Source: Fonticula alba ATCC 38817 (taxonomy: Eukaryota; Protista; Nucleariida). From it: a stretch of DNA of 50,209 nt. Each line of letters begins with the position of its first letter. Positions within the stretch are counted from its first letter, which is position 1. The notes beneath the pieces are model-generated. The model saw only the letters and a program-made list of their open reading frames with translations. It searched no databases and was not told the DNA's origin. Position numbers and translations under genes: made by a program. The stretch lies in the NCBI GenBank assembly GCA_000388065.2, contig KB932202.1. One strand, 5' to 3'. Shown one piece after another: positions 1 through 11,753 of the stretch.

Positions 1-60
1 TCTCTGCCTCTCTCTGCCTCTCTCTGCCTCTCTCTGCCTCTCTCTGCCTCTCTCTCTCTG

Positions 61-108
<48 letters not shown>

Positions 109-120
109 CCTCTCACTCAC
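1..120 (+). repeat. (TCTCTGCC)n 8-mer tandem repeat followed by a (CT)n microsatellite
   Basis: Directly visible; lies in the presumed intron before exon 235. Confidence 0.9.
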
Positions 121-234
121 TGGCTATCTATCTGTCCTTCTCTTTCTCCTCCTCCAACTGGTGGCCCTCCTCTTCCCTCGCCCCCTCCCCCCATCGGCCC
201 TTGTCTCCCTTGTGTCTGGCCAATCTCCGTAAGG

Positions 235-3033
235 TGCAAATGCTTGCTTGCGTGCCTCTTCGGTTGGCGAGCGAGCCGCCTGGTTCGGAGGGGAGTCTCC
301 CTTCCACATCATTTTCCACCGGATCGGCCAGCTTCTGGGGTTCTTGGTCGGAACGGCACTCGGCACAACGGCCGGGCCTCCCAGTCCGGCTGATGCCTTT
401 TTGCTGTCCTGGCACCGGGGTCACTCCGTGGAAACACCCGCCCCCGTCCGGCAGTCTCTCAGCGACCTTGATGGCCTGCTGGAGTGTCTGGCCATACTGC
501 TAACCTTCCTGGCCAGTGATCTGGGCAGCACACCAGCCGACGCCGGGGACGCTTCGTTCCATCTGGCCACGTCCTTCGCAGCGGGGGCCCTTCTGACACC
601 GGATGCCCTGGGTAAAACCTGTCTCAGTAGGCTGTTGGATGCTCTCGGCCCGGGTCCCGGGAGGGCTTTGCTCGCCCTGCGTACTGGCTCACCGGCGATT
701 CCCAGTGCCCCAGGCGCCCCTCCGCTAGCCGTCGCCGCGGCTCTTTCGCATGTGGGGGACCTGCTGCGGACCCATGCCCCGGCTGGGGTGCTGTCAGAGC
801 TGATCCGGTCCACTGTGGGTGCGTGTGTCTTGCTGCCTGATTGGCTGGCATTTGTTTCCCCCTTCCCCCCTCTTCCTCTGTTTCTCTCTCTCTCTCTCCC
901 TCTCTCTTCCTCTCCCCGGTGTTGTGAGCCATTCGACTGACAGTTTTTTTTATCCGGCACATTGTCCCAGTCTCGTCCACGGCTCCGCAGTCGGTTTTCC
1001 TGCTGGTCCGCGAATGCGAGGTCCAGGCGGCCCTCACTGAGCCCCTCCCGGCGGCCAAGATGACGATGGTCGAATTGCAACTCCTCGCACTGGCGCTCAT
1101 AGCACCGGCAAGTACCCTGGGCGACCCGTTGGCAACACAGGCTCTGGCCTGTGGCCTCTGCCAGGGAGAGGTGTTTGCTCTGGCCGGGCGCCGACTCAGG
1201 GCCTTGGTGTCCATCTGGGAATGGCTTTGCACGCCAAGCAACCCCTCCACGTTGGATGGTGATGCTTCTGCGGCCTTGATCTCCGGGGAGTCCGCCCTCT
1301 CAATGACTGGCCTCCTTCCAACCAGCACGCTACAGGTGCGTGCCCTGCTGCCTGCGGCTTTTCCTCCCTCCCGCGCCTGCGTGGTGTTTCCCTCCTCTTG
1401 CTCTTCCGCCGCTGACTTGCCGCCATCCAGCTTCGCATGTCTGTGGATGGTCATCTGCCCGGCGGCGGGCCAGGGCCCGGGTTGCTTGAGATTGCTTGCA
1501 TCAGTTTGGAGGACCTGCGCGATGGTTCGCAAATGGCACAACTCCTGTCGACCTTCATTGCTCTCTTCCCAGCTGCCGACAACTGGATCGATCCCGATCA
1601 TGCTGCTCGGGCGGTGTTTCTTCACATTGTCGCCCCTGCGGCTGGGCCCGAGTCAAGTGGTGTGTTTTTTCTTCTTTCTTCCCTCTCTGCCTTTCCTTGT
1701 CTCTCTGCCTTTCCTTGTCTCTCTGCCTTTCCTTGTCTCTCTGCCTTTCCTTCCCTCTCTGTCTTTCCTTGTCTCTTTGCCTTTCCTTGTCTCTCTGCCT
1801 CTCCTTGTCTCTTTGCCTTTCCTTGTCTCTTTGCTCTTTTGCATTCCTCTTGAATCTTGCCTCCTCTCTTCACACTCCCCCCATCCCCCCCCCCCCCGCC
1901 TTTCACTGCAACGCGTGTGGCTCGAGATGTCCCCCCTTCTAATGTCCATTCTCCTCGCCTCCGCGCTTCCCCCGATGGGGCCCCAGCTCTTTGCCAGGCC
2001 ACCTGCGAGGAGCTCCTGGGCCGGTGCCCACATGCCACCAGCTGTGTCGCTCGGCGGGCTCTCCTGCTGGGACTGGGGTCGCAGCAATTCCTGGCCCTCC
2101 TGGAGGCAGAGGATCGCGACTGCCAGATCGCCGGGCCTGTTGGCTCGCTTGTCACCTCGCCGGCAGTCCCTCTCAGCCCGGGAGAGTCGGCCCCGAGTGT
2201 CGGGGCGGCTGTCAACGACACCGAGAGCACGCATCCCGATCACAACCCCGAGGCGGGTGAACTCTCCTCGCCGACGCTCTCCATTCTCCAGGCCGACACG
2301 GGGGGATCGCCCTCGAACCCCGAGCGGTCAGCCTGGGCCGAGTGTCCATGCTGCCAGTTTGACCTTCGGGACTTCCACCGACAAGCGGCCGAGTCCCATG
2401 TGGCGGGCTGCTTGGAGGGACAAAGTGCCGGTTTGCTGCCAGCTGCGTGGGAAGGTGCATACCTGAGTGTATTTCCCCCCCCCCCTCCTCTCCTGAGCGC
2501 CAGCCCGCTAATACTGACCGATTATCTCGACTCTGCATCTCTCTCTCTCTCTCTTCCCCCGTCTCTTGCTGCCTCTCCGGCGTTCTGTCCTTCTTTGACT
2601 GCATTTCATCCTTGCTTGGTCCGCCTGACCCACAGAGTTTGCCCTCTGCCTGAGTGAAATTTCAGATCTTACATCCAGTTCATTGGGCGAAGGTCCAGTT
2701 CCGGATCAGTATTCCGCCCTGCCCAGGCTGCGTCTCCAAGCCAGCGAGGGACGTGAGTGTCTCATCTGCACGGACCTCCTTTCAACCAGTGCGTTATCCC
2801 TTGCAATCAATGCCTGTCCCTACCTAAGATATCCTCTCTGACACCCCGATCTCTCCCCCCCTCTCTCTCTCTCTCTCCATCCCATCCCCTTGCACAAAGA
2901 TGAGGCCGTCATCATGACTGCCTGCATGTGTGTGTACCACTCGGCCTGCATCCGATCCTGGTGGGATAGCCCCGTTGGACGGGATCCCGGCGGCCGAGCC
3001 GGCAAGTGTGTTGTCCACCACCAGGACGCCTAG
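235..3033 (+). CDS. 5'-truncated multi-exon gene: long uncharacterised Leu/Ala-rich region, then a C2HC (UBZ-like) zinc finger and a C-terminal ZNRF1/2-/Pib1-type RING; putative E3 ubiquitin ligase
   Basis: Frame-consistent exons at about 235-818, 944-1335, 1431-~1659, ~1987-~2454, 2636-2788 and 2900-3033 (TAG). Boundaries of exons 3-4 have alternatives. Spliced C-terminus reads ECLICTDLLSTNEAVIMTACMCVYHSACIRSWW...KCVVHHQDA*, i.e. C-x2-C-x14-C-x-C-x2-H-x2-C...C-x2-H. Upstream motif ECPCCQ...AESHVAGCL. The 5' end lies before the window; bases 1-120 are an intronic-type pyrimidine repeat. Confidence 0.7.
1684..1827 (+). repeat. Intronic minisatellite, 8 copies of the 18-bp unit TCTCTGCCTTTCCTTGTC
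   Basis: Copies start at 1684, 1702, 1720, 1738, 1756, 1774, 1792 and 1810. The first three are identical; later ones carry 1-2 substitutions. Confidence 0.95.
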
Positions 3034-3678
3034 TGGGCGGGCCCCCAAGATGTGCAAGAGAAAAAATACACCAGCTGCATGTACAGCGGACATTGCTTTG
3101 GCCTCGCCGGCCAGCGGGAGGAGAGGGCCGCACGGGAGATCATCCTTGGGGAAACCTCGGATTTGGGTTTGGAAATTCGACGTGCCAAACGCATTTTTGG
3201 TGGATACCGAAAATCTCCCCCGACGGTGGGCATTTTTCGCGGGCCCCAGCGCTGGGGCGAGGGCGAGGGCGGGGGCGTTCAAGTTTAGAAGCAGTACGAA
3301 CATGCCTCTGGCCTTGCTCCACGGCCAGGCATCAAAATGGACGAAAACTGTCAATGCTCGATGTTTCTCCCCGCATCCGTCCCCCTCCCCCCCCGGGGGG
3401 GGCTTCTAACTGGGCCGGCAGCCCAGCATGGAGGGGCCTTTTTGAATGTCTCTCTGCCTGGTGGACGCAGTCGTCCCCTGCCCGCCTGCCCGCCTACCTG
3501 CGCGCCCGCCCGCCCGCGCGCCCGCCCGCCCGGGGACCCATTTCCAGCTCGTGCGGCGCATGGAGTCCCGCCGGACGGTGTGCCTGTTCTCCGGCCGTTT
3601 AATTGTGGTCCGGGGCAATCTTCCCCCTGAACGTTCTTTCGACTGTGTGGGTTTCTCTCTTTCTCTCTCTGTCTCTCT

Positions 3679-3715
<37 letters not shown>

Positions 3716-4067
3716 ACACATTGGCTCGCATGTGTAGGCGTCTGATCGACTTCCTCGTTCCCAGTCTCCCCATGAGTGCGGCTNNNNNNNNNNNNNNNNN
3801 NNNNNNNNNNNNNNNNNNNNNNNNNNNNNNNNNNNNNNNNNNNNNNNNNNNNNNNNNNNNNNNNNNNNNNNNNNNNNNNNNNNNNNNNNNNNNNNNNNNN
3901 NNNNNNCCTTGCCCCGACACTCCACACGCCATGCCCTCTCCTGACCCATTGCCCAAAGTCATTTTCGTCGCACCCGCTCTCCTCCTCAAATCACGAGCCG
4001 TCCCTCCTTGAGACCGCTTCTCCCTTTTCCCTTGGGCACTTTTCCCATGGCCTCCCGCCCCTCCCAG

Positions 4068-4110
4068 GGCTGAGAAACCCCTCGGACACCGCCACCAGCG
4101 CCACCAGCGC

Positions 4111-4142
<32 letters not shown>

Positions 4143-7100
4143 CCGCCACCACCACTGCCACACCGGCATTCCCTCCCAGCCGCCTTCCCCTGCGCACGAA
4201 CACTGCGCACCTGCCTACCGACGAGGAGCTCATCCTCCAGCGCGAGGTGGCGGAATACGAGATTGCCCAGGTGACCTCGGACCACCGGTCCTTGGCCGAC
4301 CGCCTGCAGACCACTGCTCCTGCTGCCCCTCCTGCCGACCTGCTGGACGAGGTCCTGCCCCCCTGGTCGGCTACTCTCCCACCCAAGGCCCCCGTCGCCG
4401 GCCCATCCAACCCCATTGCCTCCACCGGCTGGGACGACAACGCCACGGTCTTGGACGACCTGTCGGACTTCGACAACAGCGACACCGACGAATCGCCCGA
4501 CCAGCGGCTCCTGGTCACCGCGGCCCCGGTCTTCTCCACCGGCGCATCGCACTTCCGCCCCCAGCCGACGCCTCTGCCGGAATCCCACACGGCGCACCGC
4601 CCGCCCGCTGGGCTCCCCACGTCGCCACCTTTTTCTCGGATTTCCGCGCAAGCCAGCCGAGCTGCTCCGATTCCCACCGGTGTGGCTGTCCCGTCGGACG
4701 ACTTCCACGCCGAGGCTCTCCTGTCAACGCACTCCCTGTCCTCCTCCTCCTCCCTGTCGGCTGCCCACTCGGCCTCCGACTCTTGCCCGGCTTCCCCGGA
4801 GCCCGGGGTCCCGTCGGACTCGAACTCGCCTTCACACTCGGCCTCGGACTCGGGGCTGGATTCCCCTCTGGCGAGTCAGCCTCATCCCTTCCTCCTGCAC
4901 CGTCAGCCCGAGGCATCCGCCCCTCCTGCGACAGGCATGACATCTGCCACCCTCCTGCCGCCGCTGCCCTCCGCCGCCGCCACCATGCAGGGTGCTGCCA
5001 CCACCCCTGCGGCCTCTGTGCCCGGTGCAGCCGTGTCCGCTGCCCCAGCCAAGCCCCCCGGGTCGGCCTCCTCTCCGCCGAAGAAGGTCCCGGCCATCCG
5101 CCCCGGCGAGGGTGTCAATACCTCCTTCGTGGCGACGCCTCCACCTGCGGGGACCACCTTCAAGAGCCATCCCCTTCCGGCGGGGCCTGTGGCTTCGGCC
5201 TCTACGCCGGTGGGCTCGACTTCGGTCCCGGTGTCGGGCTCGGTCCCGGCCCCGGCCCCGGCCCCGGTGTCGGCTCCGGCCATGCAGGCCTCCCTGCCTC
5301 GGGTCCTCGATGCGGACATCGGTTCTTCGCCGGAGCGCGCGCCGCCCCCCCCGGCTAGCGCATCTGCCGGCCCTTCGCCCTCGCGACAGCCGGCCTCGAC
5401 GACGACGGCGACGACGACGGCGGCGGCGGCGACGCTCGGCAGCCAGCCCCTCCCCACCACGCGTACCGCTCCGGCGGCTCCGGCCGCGGTGGGGCCCTCT
5501 GCATCGTGGTCCGGCGCGGCGCCGCCTCTCCCGGTCGATCCGTATGAGCAGGAGTACCTGCTCGGGGCCGATGACATGCCCCCTGCGCATGCCATGGCCA
5601 ACCCCGTGTTTCAGGAGCCGCCGGTCATCTTCGATGATGTGGATGACTCGTACTTCGATGACCTGCTGCTGACCGGCACCGAGCCCACGCGCGCGGACTT
5701 CGAGCACCTCCTGACCAAGGCCCGCATGACGCGCGAGTATTACTACCACCTGCGGCACGACCTGTTCCGCACCCAGGAGCGCCTGGTGGCGGCCCTGTCG
5801 AATGCACAGGATTTGGCCGCGGCGCGCGATGCGGCCGCCATCGAGGCCAAGGATTTCGCCCTGGTCGAGGCGCGCACCGCCACTTTGACCCGGCATTTGG
5901 CCGAGGCCGAGGACAATGCCGCCATGGCACTGAAGCATGCCGAGCGCGAGTCCCAACGCGCGCACCGTGCCGAGCATGAGGTGTCCGTGTGGCGCGATAA
6001 GATGGTACGTTCGTGGTCCTTGCCGGCCCGTGCATTTGCCGGCCCCTCTCGACGCCTGTGGCTGACCTTGCCCGCCTCTTGGGGCGTGTTCCCTCGATCG
6101 GTCAGTTTGGCATCCTGCACAAGCTCAAGGAGCTGGAGCAGGGCCCGGACCCGATCGAGGAGACTCGTCTGGTGAGCGCCCTGGAGACCGCCGCCTCCGG
6201 GGTGGACTCCGGTGTGCTGGCCCTGACTGTGGCCTGCTCGGCGCAGGAGAAGGGGGTTGAGGGTCTGCGCGAGCGCATTCGCGCGCAAACGGCCTCCCAG
6301 CGCTCGGCCATTGCCGGGACCCTGACCAAGCTGAAGGATGACCAGCAGGCCGCGGCGGCGGCCATGCGCCTGGAGCATGATAAGGCCCTGCTGGAGCAGC
6401 GCCAGCTGCTGGAGCAGGCTCGCGAGCAGGCGGCCCTGGCCGAGCGCCGCGCTGTCGAGGCCGAAGCTCGCGGTGGCGATGTGGCTCGACGCCTTGAGTC
6501 CGAGTTGGAAGCCCAGAAGCGCGCTACGGAGAATGCCCAGGCGCAAATCGACCGGTGCGTGCCTCGTTGTTGGGTCCAAATGCCGCCCTTGCCAGGCCCT
6601 GGCAGACTGTCATCCTGACCTGCGAACTTGCTCCGTGTGGGTTTCTCGCAGCTTGCGCGGCGAATTCGAGCACAACCTGGCCCAGCAGCAGATGCAGGCC
6701 CGGGCCGAGCGCGAGCGCCTGGAGGACCTCCTGAAAACGGGCGAGCGTGACGCTCAGACTGGCCGCGCTGCCTCCAACGAGGCGCAGATTGCCATGCAGC
6801 GCATGGCCGAACGCGAGCGCCAGCTGACCGAGCGCCTGGCCGAAGTCGAGGCCCGCGAGCGCCAGGCGGCCCAACGTGCCGAGGAGCTGACCCGGATGGA
6901 GCGTGCGAGCCGTGAGTTCTCCGACCGCCTGGAGCGTACTCGCCGGGCGGTGGACGCTCGGGACCGGGCGATCGCCGCGCGCGCACGCGAGCTCTCCTCT
7001 CTCGAGGCGACGAATGCCTCGGAGCGCCAGGCCCTTGTTCAGCGGTCTTCCGTCATGGGGACTCGCATCGAGGATCTCCGTCAGTCCTATGAGATCCGAA

Positions 7101-8072
7101 TCCAGGGTGCGTTGGGCGCGCGCCCCCCCCCCCCCCTCTGCTGCCTTTCTGGGCTTCCCTGTGATACTCACCTTTGATTTAACGGCCCCCCTTCCCTCTC
7201 GTGGCCCTCGGCACCCTGTCCAATGCGCGGCGACCGCGTGTGTCGCCTCCCCCGCCCCCCCCCCCCTCCCCCCTCAAAAAGGCCTCGAGGCGGAGAATAG
7301 TCGACTTGTTCAGTTGTTGGCCGATCTTCGACAGAGCGCCGTGCCCGGCATTGCCGATCGGGGCTTTTCGTCGCCTGGGGGCGGGGCGCGTGACGCCGGT
7401 ACCCGGCTGATGCTCCCGGCCCCGGGACGCTCGCAATCCGATTCGGCTACCAGCTCGGCTGGTGCTGCTCCCGCGGCCACGATGCCCACCATGTCGGGTG
7501 TTAACCGGTCGCACTCCGCGCCCGAAGCGCCGAATGTCACCGGCGCCACCAACACAACCACCTCCGCTGCCACTGCTGCTGCCGCCACACCGGCCACCGC
7601 GCGTCCTGCCGCCGCTGGCCCCATGGCTTCATCCGGTCGGCCCTCCCAGCCCGGCGGGCTTGATCCGGAGGAGGAACTCCGTCAGGAGATTGCCAAGCTC
7701 CGCATGATGCTTGTCCCTCTCGGAGGTCGGCCGCCAATCGCCCCGGTTGCCGGGCACCCTCCTCAACATCAGGCCTCGCTACAGGGACATGCGCAGCCGC
7801 AGCCGCAGCCGCAGCCGCAGCCGCATCAACATGCCCCTCATGCCACGGCCAGCCACATGGCTTCCCATGCGGCTCCATCGCACTACCGGACACCGGTGCC
7901 GCCCCAGCCTGTTGCCCCGATGGGCGGATCATACTACCCGACCCACTCGACATCCGGTGCAGCTGGGCACGGTGCGTACTCGTATGGCGCTGCTCCGAGT
8001 CGCACGTATGCGCACATGGCGCCTCCGGCAACCGGGCCAGGCCACTCCTACGCCGCCCCGGGTCGTTACTAG
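4068..8072 (+). CDS. Large hypothetical protein (about 1200 aa or more): Ser/Pro/Ala-rich disordered N-terminal half, ~420 aa coiled coil, His/Tyr/Gly/Pro-rich tail; start uncertain (adjacent gap 3784-3906)
   Basis: Exons ~4068-6004, 6106-6554, 6652-7106 and 7282-8072 keep frame across GTACGT/GTGCGT donors and CAG/CAG/AAG acceptors. E/R/A/Q/L-rich heptad-like sequence from ~5690 to ~7330. No family motif recognised. Confidence 0.65.
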
Positions 8073-9086
8073 GATCGTGCCAATGTGTCTGAACCCGCGA
8101 GCGAGAGCTGGCTAGCCGCGATGTCCCCTCATTTGCGCGATTCCCCCCCCCCCCCCTCCCCGCCCCCCAGTCGCCTTCCTGCCTTCTCGGTAGCGCTCAC
8201 ACCTGGCACGCGCGTATACATGCATGCATGTACACCTATGTATGTTCGTACGTGCGTGCTTGTGTGCGTGCTTGTAAGTGTGTGTGTTCATACCCGCTCT
8301 TTCCCTCTCCCTTCGCCACCAGCACACCCTCGCTCGGGCTCTTGCTCCCCTCCCCCTCCCCCCCCCCCTCCCTTCGCCCCCTGTCTTTTTCTCTCTCCCT
8401 CCCTCCCTCCTGCTCCCTCCTTCACAAACCTACACGGGTACAATATACACACTACGATCTCCTCTCCTTCGGGCGTCCACATCCTCCTCATCGTGCACAT
8501 GTACCTTTTGAGTGGGTGAGACACCTGCGCGTGTGAGTGTGCCCGTGTGCAGGCAAGATGAGGGCCGAATAGAAGCAAAGAGAGGGGTGGGGGAAAAGGG
8601 GGAGTTCCATTTTGATGAACAGAAAACACGAGCGTGCACATGGAGCACATGATGAGGAGACATATGAGGGAGGGAGGAGGGAGAAGTGGACAGTTATACA
8701 TGCGGCAAAGAGGAAGAAAAAAATGCCGCCCAGTCTCCGGGGTACGCTTCTGTCCACTTCCATTCCTACCTCTCTCGCAGGCGAAAGCCGGCCACAGAGA
8801 GGACACGCAAGCGACCGCGCACCGGGCGCGGAAAGAAGCGCTGCGCGTTCGGCCAGCGCGCGCGCGCGACAAATGATGGAAAAGGGATGAATCGATTGGA
8901 GGGGGGAGAGGGGGACAAGGAAAAACCGCCGCCAAGAGGAACTGTTTCGGAGCGGTCCGAGCTCACCGGCGCGGCCGCACGGGCACACGCGTACACGAAG
9001 GCACACACACATACACACACGCGCGCACAGCGCGCGCACGAGCGATGTACGCCTGCATGCACATGGGGCTACACAGGAGCGAAGCA

Positions 9087-11753
9087 TCAGTGATTGGGAG
9101 GCAGGGTGGCGCGGAACTCGAGGGTCTTGCGGATGAGGTCCGTCAGGGCTGCGCGAGGAGTGGCCATGCGAACCCAAGGGTGCTGTGTGGAGAGGGCAAA
9201 TGCACAGGCAGGGGCGCGGTGGGAATGGGCGATATTTGGAGGGAGGGGGAGGGGGGGGGGGGGGGGGGGCCGGAGTCAGTGAATGCATGGCTTCCTGTCC
9301 GGAGCAGAGCCACCCAGGAACAAAGAAGAGCAAGCAAGCAAGCAGGCAAGAAGGAAGGGGAGAGAGAGAGAGAGGAGGGGAAAAAAAAAAGAGGGAACAG
9401 CCCAGGAATATGAAAAAGGGGGGGGGGATGGAGATTGGCAAGCCGGGCGAAACGCACATTCTCAAGGTCGCTCATGGAGGCGCGCTTGTCGACGTCCACC
9501 TCGAGGCAGATGCGCAGGAAGTCGAGTAGCTCCGGGGTCAGGGTGTCGGTCGGGCGCTGGAGCTTCGGGGTGCCATTGGTGGCGATCAGATAAAGCGCGC
9601 GCAGGGGCTCCTGGTCCAGGTAGGGCGGGGCGCCGTCGATCATCTCGATGACCATGATCCCCAACGACCAGACATCCACCTTCGGCCCGTACTCCTTCTG
9701 CTTGACCACCTCCGGAGCCATCCAGTAGGGAGTTCCGACCATGGTGGAGCGCTTGCCACCGGCATCGATCTTGGCACAGAAGCCGAAGTCCGTGAGCTTG
9801 ACATTGCCCGTCAAGTCCAGCAGCAGGTTGTCGGACTTGATGTCCCGGTGGATGACATTGCTCTTGTGAAGGTGCACCAGACCCTTGATCGTCTCCAGGC
9901 AGATGGCCGCGATCTGAGGCTCGGTCAGGTTGGGATTGGCCTCGATGACATCGGTCAGCGAACCACCCTCCATATACTCCATGGCGACCTGGAGCCGGGG
10001 AGGAGGACGGCGGAGCGTTCGGAAGGGGACCCGAGAGAGAGAGAGAGAGAAAAAAAAATAGCAAGGGCAGGGGTTAGTCAACAGGAAAGATCGACACAGG
10101 AGAGGTGGAGCCGCATGACTACATGTGCGCATGGGTGAGCGTACCCAAAGCTCGTTCTTGACCAGGTAGCTGTCGATGTAGTTGACGATGTTCGGGTGGC
10201 GGCTCTCGTACATGATGAGAATTTCGTTGATGATGAGCTCCTTCTTGGGCTGGACATTGAGATCCATGCGCTTGATGGCCACCTTCTGCTGGGTGTCCTT
10301 CTTGATGGCCGAGTAGACGGTACCCGAGGCACCCTGGCCAATCTTGCGGAACCCCTCGAAGATACGACCGGGGTCGTCCTTCGACACGACAGCATAGAGC
10401 TTCGCCATGATGTCGGCACTCTCGCGGAAGAGCTTGCGCAGGTCCTGGCTTGGGGGCCGGCCCTGGCCAGGGGCCGCGGCCGGGGAGACGCCGGCCGGTG
10501 GCGCGGGCGCCGGCTTGCTCGGCGGGAGGTTGGCCGCGGCCGGGGGAAGAGGCGGCGGCGGGAGGGACGATGCGTCGCCATGGTGGGCGGTCTGGGCCAG
10601 GGAAGCCGGCACCAGCGGCGGCGGCGGGGCCAAAGACGGCCGCGGGGGAAGCGGCGACTGGGGGGGAGGAGCAGCAGCGGCGGCGGCGGCGGCGGCGGCG
10701 GCGGCCGGGGGGGCCGCCGGAGTGCTCGGCCCAGTGGGCGGGTGCCGGGGGGGCAGACCGACCGGCGGCCGGGGGGGCGGCCTCGATGGCGGGGGCCCGG
10801 CGATGGACATACGCGGCTGCGCAGGGCCGCCAGGGGCCGTGGCGCCTGGCGTACCAGCCGGCACAAGTGGCGGCGGCGGCGGAAGCACGGTCGGAGGGGA
10901 CACGACCGCCGACGAGCCAGCCGGCGGCTCATCACCGAGGGCCATCCGCGACAGCTGGTCATTGAGCGCCGGCGACGGGGAAACCGGCGGCGCGGGGCTA
11001 ACCGGCGCCGAGTTCGGGGCGGTGGTCACGCCGGCGCCGGGGCCGGAACCGACGCAAGCACCCGCGAAGAAGGGCGGCAGGCCGCCGGGACTGGGAAGGC
11101 CGGCGCCCGCGCCGCCCTGCTGGCCGATGTAAAACCCGATGACATCGAGCACCGCCTGGGGGTCCTTCTCCTGCTCCTCCTTGGTGATGCCGGAGCTGGC
11201 CAGCAGCTTGCGCCACTCATCGGGAAGCCCCACGAAGTCCTTGGTGGTGGGATCGAAGCCCACATGCAGAGTGTGCACCACATCCGTCGGCTTGGTGGAT
11301 CGGCTGACCAGGTGCTGGAGCTCGTCCATCCAAGAGTACAACTCGAACTCCGACTTGAAGGTCAGCCAAAAGACCGTCGAGGGGGTTTGGATGGCGACGC
11401 AGAACTCCTTGACACTCGAGCGCTCGACGCTGATGACGGACTTGATGTCGATCGAGTTGAGAATCTGGGGGGAGTTCTGTGTGGGTCATGCCAAGGGCGG
11501 GAGGAGGACCGGGAGAGGGAGAGAGAGAGAGAGAGAGGGCGTGCGCGAAGAAGGGAGGCACATGGTGAGTGAAAGGGAGTCAGCAGGTGTGGGGGCACTT
11601 GCGAAGCAGCATGGAGAGCGAAAGGACCTCATTGCGATGCCAGGAAAGCATGTCAGGTCGGAGCATGAAATAGCGCTTGTTCCAGGTCGAGAAATGCCCG
11701 TCAATCTTGAGCTGGGCATTTCCCTGCAGGATGATCCGATCCGGTTGGAACAT
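9087..11753 (-). CDS. p21-activated kinase, Cla4-type architecture (PH - CRIB - Pro-rich linker - STE20 kinase), 694 aa
   Basis: Exons 11628-11753, 10145-11476, 9458-9988 and 9087-9182, all phase 0. PH-like [26 protein letters not shown]; [19 protein letters not shown]-like ([16 protein letters not shown]); kinase motifs [36 protein letters not shown]. In-frame TAG four codons upstream of the ATG fixes the start. Confidence 0.95.

Noticed and set aside
9143-11341. 732-aa PAK ORF with apparent insertions in the kinase domain
   Set aside because: The insertions are pyrimidine-rich GT..AG introns that lack stops because of high GC.
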